From Eledone cirrhosa (Eukaryota): 64,000 nt of DNA. The DNA lies in NCBI GenBank assembly GCA_964016885.1, contig OZ024751.1, positions 6,138,001 to 6,202,000 of the forward strand, read 5' to 3'. The position numbers were made by a program, and so were the translations under genes. The notes beneath the pieces are model-generated. The model saw only the letters and a program-made list of their open reading frames with translations. It was not told the DNA's origin and ran no database searches. Positions 12,714-25,197 of the stretch are shown one piece after another (position 1 is the stretch's first letter; each line of letters begins with the position of its first letter).

Positions 12714-14919
12714 AAAAACAAAAATGAAAATAAAGATAAACATGAAGCGTTGGCAGTCTATGAAGATAAAGCAAGAGGAAAGTTTAGAGTAGTTTGTGTA
12801 TGAAACAATCTCACGTGTAGCATGCACGCGTGTCTTATTTATACATGATTAGAGTGCGCCAGAATGATATTTGCAGGGTCAGGCAGTTGAAGCAGGCAAT
12901 CGATCTTATTATGTGGGCTGAATTATTAAGTCATTTATTCGCATACATCTGTATGATATACAGTCCCAAAACTTTAAACCCTATATATAATAATGTCAGA
13001 CTGGAACCGGCACCACCCCTAGCAATTAACATCAGTAGCTCAACTTACACCTCACATCCACACCCATTTATATACTCTAAAGATAATACTGACAGCATTT
13101 TAGTACCACCTACCCTGGGAATACCCCCTTGTACCTCTAATTCTGATATTTCGACCGTGGACTACTTAAACTGCATTGCACAAGTATAAGATTAGTATAA
13201 ACCGCGGACACGGTAGTGGTTGCGATAACATAGTCCTGTGCATGGATTGCCACCAAGAGATAGATTGATGATTAGATAGATAATCGTATTGTTATGTGAA
13301 TATATACTGTAAACGATCAGTTCAATGAACTATGCACAGGTGACGCATGAGTTAGGAGCCTCTGTGTTGCCTGGTGACCTGACCGGCATCTCGTGACGAG
13401 AGAACCGGCCACTGGACCACCCTGGTGAATTTACCGGGGATGCAGTCATACTACGACCTGAATCTCGCCGGGAGTCATGTACGATAATAAGACCATTACT
13501 GATAGTGAGACCCATGTAATTAATTATGTAGTCTGACTCTTCTTATGGATTGGCCAGGTGTGGCACCCCATGTCGGATTGTAGTCTTTGTGATATGAACT
13601 CCCTTAATACTTGTTACTGGACTCCACTCTAACTTGTGGATGGGATACCTGATCTATATGTGGGATGCGAGTTTATGTATTGCTTGGTGGCCAGTCAGGT
13701 GTCCTGGTATGAGAGATTTAATCTCCAGATTGTAATCATCATGATATGAACTCCTTTAGTACCTATTAATAGACTCCACTCTAACTTGTAGATGCGATAC
13801 CTAATTGATTATATATGAGATGGGGGTTGTCTATTGCTTGATGACCAGACTAGTGCCCTTATGTGAGCAATTGGATCTCCGGACCACCCCGAAGGTATTC
13901 AGATTTACCGGAGTTTCAGACATGCAATGACCCGAGCCTACCGGGGGGCATATATAATAGTGGGACCATACCAGGTCCTATTGTTATATTATATTACATT
14001 TGCATGGAGCAGTGATTTGAGAGTCTGACTCCTCTTATAGAATGTTCAGATATGACACCCCTTAATGGATGGTAATCACCCTAATATATACACCCTTGTA
14101 CTTCATATTGGACAACTCTCTAACCTGTAAATGGGAAACATACTCTAGAAATTAGTTATAACTTCATATGATAGGCACGTATTTTAATCACCATTAATGT
14201 AGTTTAGGATAATAATTTAACTAAGATAACTAGCTAGTTACCTCCCCTTACGCTTTAACTCCCCTTAGTCATTCAGACACTTCCGGAATCTAAACAGCAT
14301 GATCTATTAATTAAGAACCGACTAGATACGGTATATAACTTGATTATATGCCGAACCATCGTGAGTTATACGATAGACACGTGTTCTATATATTGCGTCT
14401 CATGGATTATGTGAGTGGTGAGCGAAGACAGTGGTACGGCTTCGCCTACGATACAATAAGGTTTATAGTGTGTTGAAAGTTTCTGATATTTTGGTGTTTC
14501 CCTGCATCCGGGACTGTATATCATACAGATGTATGCGAATAAATGACTTAATAATTCAGCCCACATAATAAGATCGATTGCCTGCTTCAACTGCCTGACC
14601 CTGCAAATATCATTCTGACGCACTCTAATCATGTATAAATAAGACACGCGTGCATGCTACACGTGAGATTGTTTCATACACAGACTACTCTAAACGTTCC
14701 TCTTGCTTTATCTTCATAGACTGCCAACGCTTCATGTTTATCTTTATTTTCATTTTTGTTTTTATTTTTATTTTTATTTTTATCCTGTAACCTGTATATG
14801 TAAATTGCCATGCTATATCATTTGATGAATCTCACCCCACTGTTGATCAATATGCGCATATGTTTTATATGTCTCTTGGGTTGAAAAGGAGGTCAAGTAT
14901 GTTATAGATCAGTAAATAG

Positions 14920-14968
14920 TTGCTCCGAAGAATCCAAACCTCGGTTTGGAGGAAACAATTGTAAGCAA
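14920..14968 (+). ncRNA. Minimal type I hammerhead motif, CCGAAGA core
   Basis: TTGCT-CCGAAGA-a-TCCAAAC(CTCG)GTTTGGA-g-GAAA-CAATTG-TA-AGCAA, followed by AATAAA. Stem III is palindromic. Confidence 0.65.
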
Positions 14969-15174
14969 ATAAATGACTTAAACTGAACTTTGATTATTGT
15001 AATCTCTATATAACTGCTCTGTAAAACAACTGATGTTATTACATTGAGCTATTTATCTTACTGGTAATAGGATAGTAATTAATGACTATCTTTCACTATT
15101 TAAGGTTTGTATAAATAATATATTACCATTAAAGGTTTTATTACATACATAACCATAAATAGTATCCTTAATAC

Positions 15175-15221
<47 letters not shown>

Positions 15222-16071
15222 CAATATAAAGAGAGAAACACAGATATATACACCACTGTATTCAGATTTTAAGGGACCAAAATGTGTGTGGGTGAACAGT
15301 ATACTATATATATATATTCATTAGTTAAGCATAACAATACCACAGACTTCACAAGGAAGACATTATTAAAAGATTGTCAACATATTTTAATTTGATGTAA
15401 GGAATGTAGAGAATAATAATAATAATATTAATAATAATAATGTCCGACAGCTTCAACAGATGAATACTGCTTGATTATGGCTGACAGCTGATGCAACCAA
15501 GACACCATAGTAAAAACCAATATATGGAACATTATATTATGTAACATTATCCCATTATTTTAATTTATATTCCTTTGAGTTCCGATGAGCCACTCTGTTT
15601 TTTAAATATGTTAACTATGTAGAACTGAACCATATCAATTATGATATATAGTCATCTGATCCAGAAATATTATATGGAGTAGCGAAACGGACATTATTAT
15701 TATTAATATTATTATTATTATTCTCTACATTCCTTACATCAAACTAAAATATGTTGACAATCTTTTAATAATGTCTTCCTTGTGAAGTTTGTGGTCTTGT
15801 TTTGCTTAACTAATGAATATTCCAGCTCTGCGCACCTACACTTCTGCATGAACCCAGCCACCTAGCTGCTTTCTACTGCATATTGCACATTGAGCACATG
15901 CCTTTACGCTTAGGGTTATAAATGTTGTTGTTGAGATCAAGGGTGACGTCTAGGAAGTTTACTACTTTATGGTTCAGCTCGATGGTGATAGAGAGACCGT
16001 TATTTATGAAGAATCTATGAAATTGTTTCTTAAGCAAATCGATTCCCCGATTAGTGCAATTGTGGACTGCA

Positions 16072-17598
16072 CTCTGGACTAGAAAAGATAGAACAGATAA
16101 CTTTGACATTACGATGGGCTCAAGCGATTCCGCGCAAGTCACCGATTTAGTTGTGATTTACCTATTACGTAACATCAGAGACGAAATCCAACCCATGCAA
16201 GGTGGAATATACAGGGACGACGCCTTATTTGCAGTCCACAATTGCACTAATCGGGGAATCGATTTGCTTAAGAAACAATTTCCTAGATTCTTCAAAAATA
16301 ACGGTCTCTCTATCACCATCGAGCTGAACCATAAAGTAGTAAACTTCCTAGACGTCACCCTTGATCTCAACAATAACCTTTATAACCCTTACCATAAACC
16401 AGGCGAAATACTCACATATATTAGCCCACACTCTAACCACCCACCGGCAGTCATCAGAGCAGTAATTAAATCTATCTCCTATAGGATCTCAATGCTATCA
16501 GCAAATGAAGAGATATTTATAAACCACGCACAATATTATAATAAGGCTCTCTCTGAATCTGGTTATAAACAATCAATTTATTACATACCTAAATGCCATA
16601 ACACAGCAACTCACCATAATAAAATTAACACTAGAACTAGTAATACCTTAGCATATAGCCAGATTCGCCGGAATTTTAGCAGTAACATCACCTATACAGG
16701 GAACTTTAATGGTGGCAGTGGCCTGCTCCCCACTCCTAGTAGCAAACTAAGAATCAACCCTAGAATAGGAATGAGAAATGGGATGACAAATAACAAACCC
16801 CCAGGTAATAATAACCCTAGGAAGGCCCCTACCAACTCCACTAGAACCCCTAGAAAGAATAGGCCTAGAAATATCACCTGGCTTAACCCACCATTCTCAT
16901 ATAATCTAGCCACTAATATCCCCAATCGCTTCTTCTCTATCCTATCCAAACACGTCCCCCCTAACCATAGATATTACAAACTCTTTAATAAAAACAACAT
17001 TAAAATCTCATTCTCCACTACACCTAACCTAGCTAGCCACATCGCGTTCAGTAACCATCATAAGCTAAGATACTATAACTCCCACACCGCGGTACCATCA
17101 CTCCTATCAAATACACCACGCCACTACACCAATAATTACTCTAGTAGCACACCTTCCCCATCTAATCCTTCTAGCACGGACCACTTGCTTAGGTTAAATA
17201 ACCCTACTCTCACTAACCGCAGAAGCAACTGCAACTGCCGCTACCCCAATGCATGCCCATTAAATGGACACTGCCTGACACCCAACATAGTCTATAGGTG
17301 CACAGTTGCGACTGCTTCGAATACCAGCTCTTACATTGGGTCTACCTCTAACCCTTTTAAGGTACGCTATAACGCGCACTCTTTTTCCTTCCGAGATGTT
17401 AGCAACAGATGTTCGACATCGCTAGCTAGGCTCATTGAAAACCTTAAATTAAACAAAGTTCAACACTCACTAAAATGGGATATCGTAGCTAGGGCACAGC
17501 CGTTCAATGGACGAAGGAAATCTTGTGATCTCTGTGTTACGGAAGCGTATTACATAACTCTATCAGGACCTTACCAATTAACGATAGAACTGAGGTAA
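16072..17598 (+). CDS. 5'-truncated Penelope-like RT + GIY-YIG endonuclease
   Basis: FDITMGSSDSAQVTDLV...IYRDD, NFLDVTLDL, SNHPP, WLNPPF, CNCRYPNACPLNGHC (CxCx5Cx5C) and IVYRCTV...YIGSTSNPFKVRY. The first codons of the called ORF (16054) come from the inversion. Confidence 0.9.
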   Translation, partial: LWTRKDRTDNFDITMGSSDSAQVTDLVVIYLLRNIRDEIQPMQGGIYRDDALFAVHNCTNRGIDLLKKQFPRFFKNNGLSITIELNHKVVNFLDVTLDLNNNLYNPYHKPGEILTYISPHSNHPPAVIRAVIKSISYRISMLSANEEIFINHAQYYNKALSESGYKQSIYYIPKCHNTATHHNKINTRTSNTLAYSQIRRNFSSNITYTGNFNGGSGLLPTPSSKLRINPRIGMRNGMTNNKPPGNNNPRKAPTNSTRTPRKNRPRNITWLNPPFSYNLATNIPNRFFSILSKHVPPNHRYYKLFNKNNIKISFSTTPNLASHIAFSNHHKLRYYNSHTAVPSLLSNTPRHYTNNYSSSTPSPSNPSSTDHLLRLNNPTLTNRRSNCNCRYPNACPLNGHCLTPNIVYRCTVATASNTSSYIGSTSNPFKVRYNAHSFSFRDVSNRCSTSLARLIENLKLNKVQHSLKWDIVARAQPFNGRRKSCDLCVTEAYYITLSGPYQLTIELR

Positions 17599-18027
17599 CC
17601 ATTAGCTGTCAACATCGAAGGGCTAATTCCTTCGCCAATAGAGTTTTTGACCCAACTTAGTCATGTAGCCCCATCAATAATTGTAGCTAATATGTTAAAT
17701 TGCTATGAACAACTCGATAATTATAATTTACCTCCCCTACATTGTCTCTCAATTAAATAATTTAAATACTAGCGCTTAACTATAAAATACACACAATCTC
17801 TAATCTCTCAAGAAGTTACTTCCCCTGAAACCACCCTCTAATTAGTAAGGTAAATATGTCCTTTGGCAGCCATCTTGTTACCCATAGGCAGATCTCACAC
17901 AATTCAGCCTCGACAGATGAGTACTGCTTGATTATGGCTGACAGCTGATGAAACAAAGGCACCACATTAAAAACTAATATATGGAACATTATATTATGTA
18001 ACATTATTTTAATTTATATTCCTTTGA

Positions 18028-18148
18028 GTTCCGATGAGCCACTCGGTTTTTTTAAATATGTTAATTATTTTCAACTGAACCAGATCAATTATGATACATA
18101 GTCATCTGATCCAGAAATATTATACCGAGTAGTGAAACAATTGTAAAC
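18028..18148 (+). ncRNA. Type I hammerhead motif in pLTR, CCGATGA core, long stem II insert
   Basis: GTT-CCGATGA-GCCACTCGGT...ACCGAGTAGT-GAAA-CAATTG-TA-AAC. Confidence 0.6.
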
Positions 18149-18278
18149 GGGCATTATTATTATTAATATTATTATTATTATTATTCTCTCCATTCTTTGC
18201 ATCAAACTAAATATGTTGACAATCTTTTAATAATGTCTTCCTTGTGAAATTTGTGGTCTTGTTTTGCTTAATTAATGA

Positions 18279-18354
<76 letters not shown>

Positions 18355-18356
<2 letters not shown>

Positions 18357-20020
18357 GAGTAGGACCCCGACGGCTGAGCTCAAGCCGTTTCGACGGCTAA
18401 TTCTGGACTAAATGAACATTTTTAACCTGGTATATGAATAGCCGAGCTTCTCAGGGGTTCATTCCATATATGGTAAAAGTTATTGTCACAAGGATTGGTC
18501 AAAAGTTTGTTGTTGAGACACATAATTCTATCATGCCAATTTGTGGGGGGAAGTGGTAGCTGAACTTGCCAGTAGAAGAAAGAGGGAGAGGGAGTGAAGG
18601 AAACCCAATCGTGCGTTGATAGTGCCAACTACAGCAGAATCCTAAGGATAAAAGGTCAAGAGAAGTATACTAGGGAAGAGGAGGGTGAGGAGGTCGAAAC
18701 ATTAAGTAAAACAATATGGGGTAAATAAATAGAAAAATACCAAGAATGTTAAAAAAAAAACAATTAAACGTTTTAAACAAAAAAATTCTGATTACTATAA
18801 CCTAAGGACAGCTGTCAATTCTCTCACTCGTACTGCTAGACTAAAGAAAGCTTTACTAGGTGGGACGGAATTATAATGAGGCCCTTTTAAGAGGTATAAT
18901 TAATCAATACGAAATCAAGGTTTCTACCCCAGGCACAAGGCCAGCAACCACCCAGTGCAAAAAAAAAAAAAACTAATACGAAATAATAATTCAGAATCCC
19001 GAAAAAGAATACTAATACTATCTCTAATGGTGCCGCCACGATACAAAAATTCTCCTGGGAGGGAGGGGGGGGGGGATTCTGAATTAATTTTTCGTATTAA
19101 AATTTTTTTCATATACTTCGTACGAGCATTTATGTAGTTTGCACTAGAATTTTTGTATCGTAGCGGCACCATTAGAGATAGTATTAGTATTCTTTTTCGG
19201 GATTCTGAATTATTATTTCGTATTAGTTTTTTTTTTTGGCACTGGGTGGTTGCTGGCCTTGTGCCTGGGGTAGAAACCTTTATTTCGTATTGGTCTCGGG
19301 ACTCTGAATTATTATTTCGTGGTAGTTTCTTTAGTATTTTGGCACCCCACTTGTTGACCCGTCACCGTAAGATATACTCCGTTGATTACTTATACCTCTT
19401 AAAATCGCCTCATTATAATTCCGTCCCACCTAGTAAACCTTTCTTTAGTCTAGCAGTACCAGTGAGAGAATTGACAGCTGTCCTTAGGTTATAGTAACCA
19501 GAAATTCTTTTTTTTTTACATTTAATTGTTATTTTTTTTAACATTCTCGGTATTTTTTCTAATTATTTACCCCATATTCTTTTACTTATTGCTTCGACCT
19601 CCTCCCCCTCCCCTTCCCTAGTATACTTCTCTTGACCTCTTATCCTTAGGATTCTGCTGTAGTTGGCACTATCAACGCACGATTGGGTTTCCTTCACTCC
19701 CTCTACCTCTTTCTTCTACTGGCATGTTCAGCTAGCCCTTCCATCCACAAATTGCCACGATAGAATTGTGTGTCTCAACAACAAACTTTTGATCAATCCT
19801 TGTGACAATAACTTTTACCATATAAGAAATTACCCCCTGAGAAGCTCGGCTATTCATATACCAGGATGAAGATTTTCATTTAGTCCAGAATTAGCGTCGA
19901 AACGGCTTGAGTTCAGCCGTCGGGGTCCTACTCGTTCCTATTACCCACTCTACTACCCTAAGTATTGAGTACTTTGGTTCGTTATGGTACACCTGGTTCC
20001 TTACCACATTTCCTTCGTTA
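18355..20020. mobile_element. Large inverted-repeat element (~560-700-bp arms) in (TA)n with hammerhead-like ends
   Basis: 18355-18915 is the reverse complement of about 19385-19936. The inner inverted pair 18921-19052/19148-19278 includes a SINE 3' fragment. Confidence 0.75.
19832..19926 (+). ncRNA. Type I hammerhead-like motif with atypical CTGAGAA core (mirror copy 18364-18458, minus)
   Basis: ACCCC-CTGAGAA-G...C-GAAA-CGGCT(tgagttc)AGCCG-TC-GGGGT. Perfect stems I and III and a GUC site. Confidence 0.6.
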
Positions 20021-20130
20021 TATATATATATATATGTGTGTGAATTCCGTCGGAAAAGTCCAGGAAAAAAGAGTGCTCTATGTAGGGGACAGAGCTTAAT
20101 AGTTATGTAATAAACAACATAAGGCAATTA

Positions 20131-20191
20131 TTTCATTTACCAGTGGTTTCTTAAAAGCAAAAAAATGTTGCTTTCAATCATCAGAATGAAA
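20131..20191 (-). ncRNA. Canonical type I hammerhead ribozyme (mirror copy)
   Basis: Reverse complement of 20258-20319 with the core intact. Confidence 0.8.
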
Positions 20192-20257
20192 AAAATGGTG
20201 GTGTATTTATTGGCATTGTTTTTTTAAAATCCAACGCCAATAAATACACCAGGATTT

Positions 20258-20319
20258 TTTCATTCTGATGATTGAAAGCACATTTTTTTTTGCTTTTAAG
20301 AAACCACTGGTAAATGAAA
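20258..20319 (+). ncRNA. Canonical type I hammerhead ribozyme
   Basis: TTTCATT-CTGATGA-TTGAAAGCA(loop)TGCTTTTAA-GAAA-CC(ACT)GG-TA-AATGAAA. 7-bp stem I, 9-bp stem II and a GUA cleavage site. Confidence 0.85.
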
Positions 20320-20737
20320 TAATTGCCTTATGTTGTTTATTACATAACTATATATATATATAAGCAGATGTTCCTATAGGAAAATCTGCTTCGTAGAATC
20401 GAAACGTATCCGAGGACCGCGCGATTTCAGAGTCTGGTTTGATCACCACATCGATCGTGCTAGCTGGTCGCTCGTGGAACAATTGAGCTCCGGCCGTTTC
20501 GACAGATAGATCGGATCTAGCTGTTGAAACGGCCGGAACTCAGCCGTCCGAGGCCTGACTCTTTTTCTATTACCAACTCTACTACTCTAAGTATTGAGTA
20601 CTCTGGTGCGTTATGGTCCACCTAGTTTCTTACTACCCTTTTTTGTTGTTATATATACATTCGGTATACAAGGATGCAATTCACTTCTAGCAATCAACGT
20701 TATATTACTTTAAAAAAAAAAGGATGACGGAGTATAA

Positions 20738-20924
20738 TAATTGTTTATACTTTTGGCACAAGGCCAGCAATTATTCCAGTGTATTACAGGTACTTTATTT
20801 TATCGACTCCGTAAGGATGAAAGGCAAAGTTAACCTCGGCGGGATTTGAACTCAGACCATAAAGGGATGTAACTCTTTGCTGCAATGCATGGCGTCCGAC
20901 CTTCTCCCGATACTGCCAATCCAC
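20738..20924 (-). mobile_element. SINE family 1
   Basis: Homologous to 1580-1764. Confidence 0.85.
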
Positions 20925-21112
20925 AATTAAAAGGAAAATGCGATACATATATATATTTATATCTATACACACACACATGTATTTAAATGAAAGGATCTGC
21001 AATGTTTAACACATTTATATAGATGTATATAAAGTTCTTTAGAGCTTTAAATATCTAAATACCTGATACAATTGTATCATCAACTCATATAATTCATACA
21101 CACACACAAACA

Positions 21113-21162
<50 letters not shown>

Positions 21163-21561
21163 AAAGAATAGAGGTGTAACACACAAGTTATTATATATTT
21201 TAACGTAAAAACAGTCTTGGCGCAAAATCAATTTTTTACACTCACATGACCTCTACCGACCAATCAAAATTGTTTTGACCACAAGAAATTTTGCAACACC
21301 AAAGTAACGCTGGAGCCACTTTTTTAACTTAAAAACAGGTAGAATTCCCAAAACTAATCAGATCAGAGCAAACAGCACGGACACTCTATCTCAAAATTAT
21401 TTTTGAAAAGCATTTAGAAATGCGCAACCGGTAAAAACTTAAAAACTTAAAACCACAACTTAATACTAACCCATACAGTCACTAATACTCTTTTATTCCT
21501 AATTAAACCATTTTTCAACTGTGAACAATTTGAACCATTTTCTATTTTTCTATTACGTTTA

Positions 21562-21607
<46 letters not shown>

Positions 21608-21798
21608 GGTTTGAGGTTCACCACTGTATAGAGCTGGTCTATTCCGTATGGTCAATCGTAATGCAATAATATAGAGAGTACTCAACGTAAAGCAGTTCAA
21701 CCGTCTTTGTTTTTGTAGTTGGTGGTGCTATTACGGAGTTAAATATTATAATGAAATGACAGGAGGCTGGATTTGTGTAAATCCTTGAAAGGTTTATT

Positions 21799-21856
21799 AT
21801 ACTATGATCATTTCAATGACCGGGTTCCGTATGAATCCGGTGATATCATCAGGTAT
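21799..21856 (-). ncRNA. Minimal type I hammerhead ribozyme
   Basis: ATAC-CTGATGA-tatcACCGG...CCGGTcatt-GAAA-TGATCA-TA-GTAT, then AATAAA. Confidence 0.75.
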
Positions 21857-24602
21857 TCGAAATATAATACGTGAATGTAATAGGTAAAATCCATGGGGCT
21901 GAAAATCGAGACCCGAGGGCGACCGCTATTCTGTTCCTTCAACCTCAGCCGGTCGCCCTGGAGTGACGTGGCTAAATTTTATAGTATGCTACTACCGGTC
22001 AGATGAACGAAAACAGGAAGAGATGGGAGCATAGGTTAACGTCGATCCCATGACACAAGGTAAAAGAAAGAAGGAAAGGAAGGAGAAGAAGGGGGAAGAA
22101 AGAAGAAGAGAAGTCAGGGTTAATGTCATCTAAAAGAGGAAGGTAACTACTACTGGTCAGATATAGGCAAGCAAGAGGGAGAAGGAAGATAAGTCTGCAG
22201 GGAGGAGGAGAGGAGAGAAGGAAGGGAAGAGAGAAGTAGAAAAGTAAGGGTTGATGGCTACAAGAAGGAAGATAGAAAGGAAGAGGAAGAAAGGTCGATA
22301 TTAATGTCAGACCACAGTCAAGCCAGGAGTGGCGCGAGAAAATTTTCACAGGGACCCGCATCTTAGCGGAGATAGATATATTGGGAGTCAGTGTTTTACA
22401 GTGTTTAGACTTCTAGGATGAAGTTAAAAAAATTTAATAATCAATATTCCATATTAAAGAGGTTAGAAAATTTAAAGTTCAACAGTTTAACAATTAATTA
22501 TATAATAGTTCCGATTTGTTCTGTAATTTAAAGGTACTATTTGGCGGTTAAAACAACGGCCGCGCCCCGGGCCCCATGGCGAATTAAGCCACGCCGAGTA
22601 TTTTCATTTACTGAAAGAAGGGGAAATTTATTTTTCCAAGCACTCTAGGTGAGCTCGTTCGCCACGGAGCTGGTCGCGCCGCCATTAAAACCCACCCAAC
22701 AGTCCGACAGAAAGTTGGAACTTTAAAATTTAGCTTAGAGAGGTAAAAGAGTAATGGTTGATAGCTACAAGAAGGAAGATAGAAAGAGAGAGGAAGGAAG
22801 GTCGATATTAATGTCACACCACAGTCGGGCCAGGAGTGGCGCGACAAAATTTTCACAGGGACTCGCATCTTAGCAGAGGTGAATATATTGGGGGTCAGTG
22901 TGTTACAATGTTTAGACTTATAGGATGAAGTTAAAAAATTAATAAATTAATAATCAATATTCCATATTAAAGAGGTTAGAAAACTTAAAGCTCAACAGTT
23001 TCAGGTTGATATATATAATAGTTCCGATTTGTTCTGTAATTTAAAGGTACTATTTGGCGGTTAAAACACCGGCCGCGCCCCAGGCCCCATGGCTAATTAA
23101 GCCACGCCGAGTATTTTCATTTACTGAAAGAAGGGGAATTTATTTTTCCAAGCACTCCAGGTGAGCCCGTTCGCCAGGGAGCTGGTCGCGCCGCCGCTAA
23201 AACCCACCCAACGGTCCGACAGAAAGTTGGAACTTTAGAATTTTGCTTAACTCTATCGGATGAAGTTGAAAGAATTCAGAATAACATTATGAAACTAAGG
23301 AGTAAGAGGATTGAGAATTGAACAAACAGAAAATTGAAGATTAGACATTCAAATAACTTCTATGAGGTTTTGGGTTGCGGGGTTTAATTAAATAGTCTTT
23401 TATGAAGAAACGTTAATTGTATTATGTAGATCTGTAATTTATCCTAGTGGGATGTAGAGTACGGGATATAGTCGTGTAATGTTTAATTTTTGTTCTCAGG
23501 AGGAGACATTCTAGTGTCGTGTGCTAATGGGTACAGGTCCCAATGTGAGGAGTAGAAATACATGGATACATAGAAGTGGAATACGTGGAAGAGCTAATGG
23601 GTACAGGTCCCAATGTGAGGGGTAGAAATACATGGATACATAGAAGTGGAATACGTGGAAGAGCACATTGGTACAGCAGAGGTATAAATATATAAACATA
23701 TCAATATATAGGTATAAACATGTAAATAAACCAACAAGAGTGGTGTTGGAGTAAGATGGAGAAATCAGGACATTAATACAGCAAACAAAGATGTGAAGAT
23801 ATAGATAAACAAACAATAGTCGTTGTCTAGTAAATGTAGAGTTCAAGAGACAGGAGAAATACAATATAGTTCGGGTTGCGGTATTTATGTTCCCAGGGGG
23901 AAATATTCCAGTGACGTGTGCTGAGGGTACACGCGAGTAAAAGTCCGAATAAGGGAAGTAGAAAGTACATGGATATATAGAGGTAGAATACGTGGAGGAG
24001 CATTAATACAGCAAATAAAGATGTAAAGATATAAATAAACAAACAAGAGTCGTTGTCTATTAAATGGAGAGTTCAAGACACAGGAGAAATACAATATAGT
24101 TCAAGTTGCAGTCAGATAATGCATATAGATGTGGAAACAGTGCGTGTTCGAGTCTGGGAGTTCAGTGTGAGTTATACATGCCCAGAAGTATAGGGTAGCC
24201 ATTTAGTTAATTCAGTGCAGTACAATACATGCTATGGTCCAGTCCGTGGAGTTTCGTCGAAGTTCGGATATTCTGTGAGGGGAGTAGCAAAGGGCCAGGC
24301 GAAAGCACCGGGTAGCCAAAGTTCGAATTGTGGTTAGATATATTCAGTCCCATGCTGCTGTTGATTATTACATTTTGAAGTGCTCAACATTTCAGGAGCG
24401 TTATTTATTCAGGTTTGAGGTTCACCACTGTATAGAGCTGGTCTATTCCGTATGGTCAATCGTAATGCAATAATATAGAGAGTACTCAACGTAAAGCAGT
24501 TCAACCGTCTTTGTTTTTGTAGTTGGTGGTGCTATTACGGAGTTAAATATTATAATGAAATGACAGGAGGCTGGATTTGTGTAAATCCTTGAAAGGTTTA
24601 TT

Positions 24603-24660
24603 ATACTATGATCATTTCAATGACCGGGTTCCGTATGAATCCGGTGATATCATCAGGTAT
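24603..24660 (-). ncRNA. Minimal type I hammerhead ribozyme (second repeat)
   Basis: Identical to 21799-21856. Confidence 0.75.
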
Positions 24661-25197
24661 TCGAAATATAATACGTGAATGTAATAGGTAAAATCCATGG
24701 GGCTGAAAATCGAGACCCGAGGGCGACCGCTATTCTGTTCCTTCAACCTCAGCCGGTCGCCCTGGAGTGACGTGGCTAAATTTTATAGTATGCTACTACC
24801 GGTCAGATGAACGAAAACAGAAAGAGATGGGAGCATAGGTTAACGTCGATCCCATGACACAAGGTAAAAGAAAGAAAGAAAGGAAGGAGAAGAAGGGGGA
24901 AGAAAGAAGGAGAGAAGTCAGGGTTAATGTCATCTAAAAGAGGAAGGTAACTACTACTGGTCAGATATAGGCAAGCAAGAGGGGGAAGGAAGATAAGTCT
25001 GCAGGGAGGAGGAGAGGAGAGAAGGAAGGGAAGAGAGAAGTAGAAAAGTAAGGGTTGATGGCTACAAGAAGGAAGATAGAAAGGAAGAGGAAGAAAGGTC
25101 GATATTAATGTCAGACCACAGTCAAGCCAGGAGTGGCGCGAGAAAATTTTCACAGGGACCCGCATTTTACCTATTACATTCACGTATTATATTTCGA

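Larger units (their letters stand above)
12220..15180 (+). mobile_element. ORF-less Penelope-derived element with an inverted copy of its 3' end at its 5' end
   Basis: 12220-12967 is the reverse complement of 14510-15011. Hammerhead + AATAAA near the 3' end. (TA)n on both flanks. Confidence 0.7.
15314..18282 (+). mobile_element. Penelope-like element (Hydra-like linker) with direct pLTRs and inverted segments
   Basis: pLTR copies at about 15448-15821 and 17905-18282. 15314-15446 is an inverted pLTR end. 15912-16071 is an inverted copy of 16230-16389. (TA)n flanks. Confidence 0.85.
20099..20352. repeat. Head-to-head palindromic element (~120-bp arms), one hammerhead per arm
   Basis: Arms are near-exact reverse complements about a centre near 20225. 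Ends in (TA)n. Confidence 0.9.

Noticed and set aside
21999-25183. Repeated 120-126 aa L/F/S/P-rich ORFs in the direct repeats
   Set aside because: Translation of a pyrimidine-rich tract with no domain signature.
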